Part shown: piece by piece, positions 63,369 through 64,000 of the stretch | Layout: the number at the start of each line of letters is the position of its first letter | Numbering within the stretch: the stretch's first letter is position 1 | Translations under genes and position numbers: made by a program | Virus record (IMG/VR): IMGVR_UViG_3300036827_000193 | Location: 1-64,000 of that record | Source: a virus | Length of the DNA: 64,000 nucleotides | Reading direction: 5' to 3' (one strand) | The notes under the pieces: model-generated | The model's input: the letters and a program-made list of their open reading frames with translations, nothing else | The model's database searches: none | Told to the model about the DNA's origin: nothing

Positions 63369-63670
63369 GCGCCGGTCGCGACGCCTTCATAGAGACCGGG
63401 CACGACGTTGCCGACAGTCGGAGCGAGTGCCGCCGCGATGAGCGGATCGGGGCCGCCTTGCTGCGCGCCGACCGGATAGGTGTTGCTCAGCCGGCTGTAG
63501 GCGCCCGAGGTGTAGGGATTGAAGATGAAGGAGCGGCGCTGGAAGTTGTATTCGACCTCGCGGTACTTGTAGCGCTGGAAGTCGGGGTCGGCCTTGCTCA
63601 CCAGCGCCAGATAGGGCTGCTCGCAAGTCGTGACTTTCGTTGGCGGATTGTAGAGCGCCATGGGCTTCAC
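63359..63670 (-). CDS. Hypothetical protein
   Basis: AGGAG RBS region, GC3-biased codons. Confidence 0.6.
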   Translation of the reverse strand: MKPMALYNPPTKVTTCEQPYLALVSKADPDFQRYKYREVEYNFQRRSFIFNPYTSGAYSRLSNTYPVGAQQGGPDPLIAAALAPTVGNVVPGLYEGVATGAWA

Positions 63671-63776
63671 TCCTGCTCGTCGATGTCCGGCGCATTGAAG
63701 CGGCGCGGCGGTGTAGTATTTGACAAACCAATACCCCCGGGGGGTAGGCCGCCCAGATGCGGTTAGCGTTCCAGTG

Positions 63777-63947
63777 TCACTTCCCCTGCAGGCGCTCGAT
63801 CAAATCCGCCGCATCGCTGGCAAGCTTGGACAGCGCAGCGCCCCAATTGTTTGGTGCGTCAAGCCATTCAGGCAGCGGGCCGCCGATCTGCAGCGCCGCC
63901 AGCTCGCGAAGCTTCCTGACGGTTTCGGTGGCGTCGCCAGAGGCCAT
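63777..63947 (-). CDS. Small hypothetical protein
   Basis: Manual translation MASGDATETVRKLRE...DAADLIERLQGK*; GGAG RBS. Confidence 0.5.
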   Translation of the reverse strand: MASGDATETVRKLRELAALQIGGPLPEWLDAPNNWGAALSKLASDAADLIERLQGK

Positions 63948-64000
63948 GGGCGTTACTCCGCTTTCTTGGGCTTGCGCTTCGCCGCCGCCTTGACCGTCGG

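Larger units (their letters stand above)
8645..64000. mobile_element. Prophage (podovirus-like; P22-like portal, N4-gp56-type capsid, giant ejection protein), probably integrated at tRNA-Thr; continues past the window
   Basis: Portal, scaffold, capsid, tail, ejection and lysis genes in one - strand operon beginning just 3' of the tRNA; left boundary inferred; integrase not seen. Confidence 0.88.

Overview
High-GC alphaproteobacterial DNA (Hyphomicrobiales-like, inferred from the gene families). Bases 1-8.5 kb are host chromosome: secreted hypothetical proteins, a cupin, a TctA-type transporter, a TPR-caspase and a cluster of small ORFs. After tRNA-Thr(TGT) at 8570-8644 a podovirus-like prophage runs to the end of the window; no integrase or terminase is visible. 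Its + strand block encodes a DNA methyltransferase, a HerA-like ATPase, a C39-like protein and an HTH protein. Its long - strand late region encodes glycosylation enzymes, portal, scaffold, major capsid, adaptor/nozzle/fibre, ejection proteins (one of 3612 aa) and lysis genes. Main observations: (1) the major capsid gene is split into four exons by three group I introns. Intron 1 carries a LAGLIDADG endonuclease on the opposite strand. The reading frame is restored only if intron 1 is cut at a G-C pair instead of U.G and intron 3 ends in A instead of the usual terminal G. (2) A six-enzyme glycosylation set is interleaved with the head genes. (3) A small Gly-Gly-ending, possibly ubiquitin-like protein sits next to a Cys-containing partner, and the giant ejected protein carries a JAB-type domain. 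(4) Three RBS-bearing out-of-frame genes are nested in the giant gene. (5) A structured RNA follows a gene remnant at 14.6 kb. All family assignments come from motif recognition by eye; no database searches were run.
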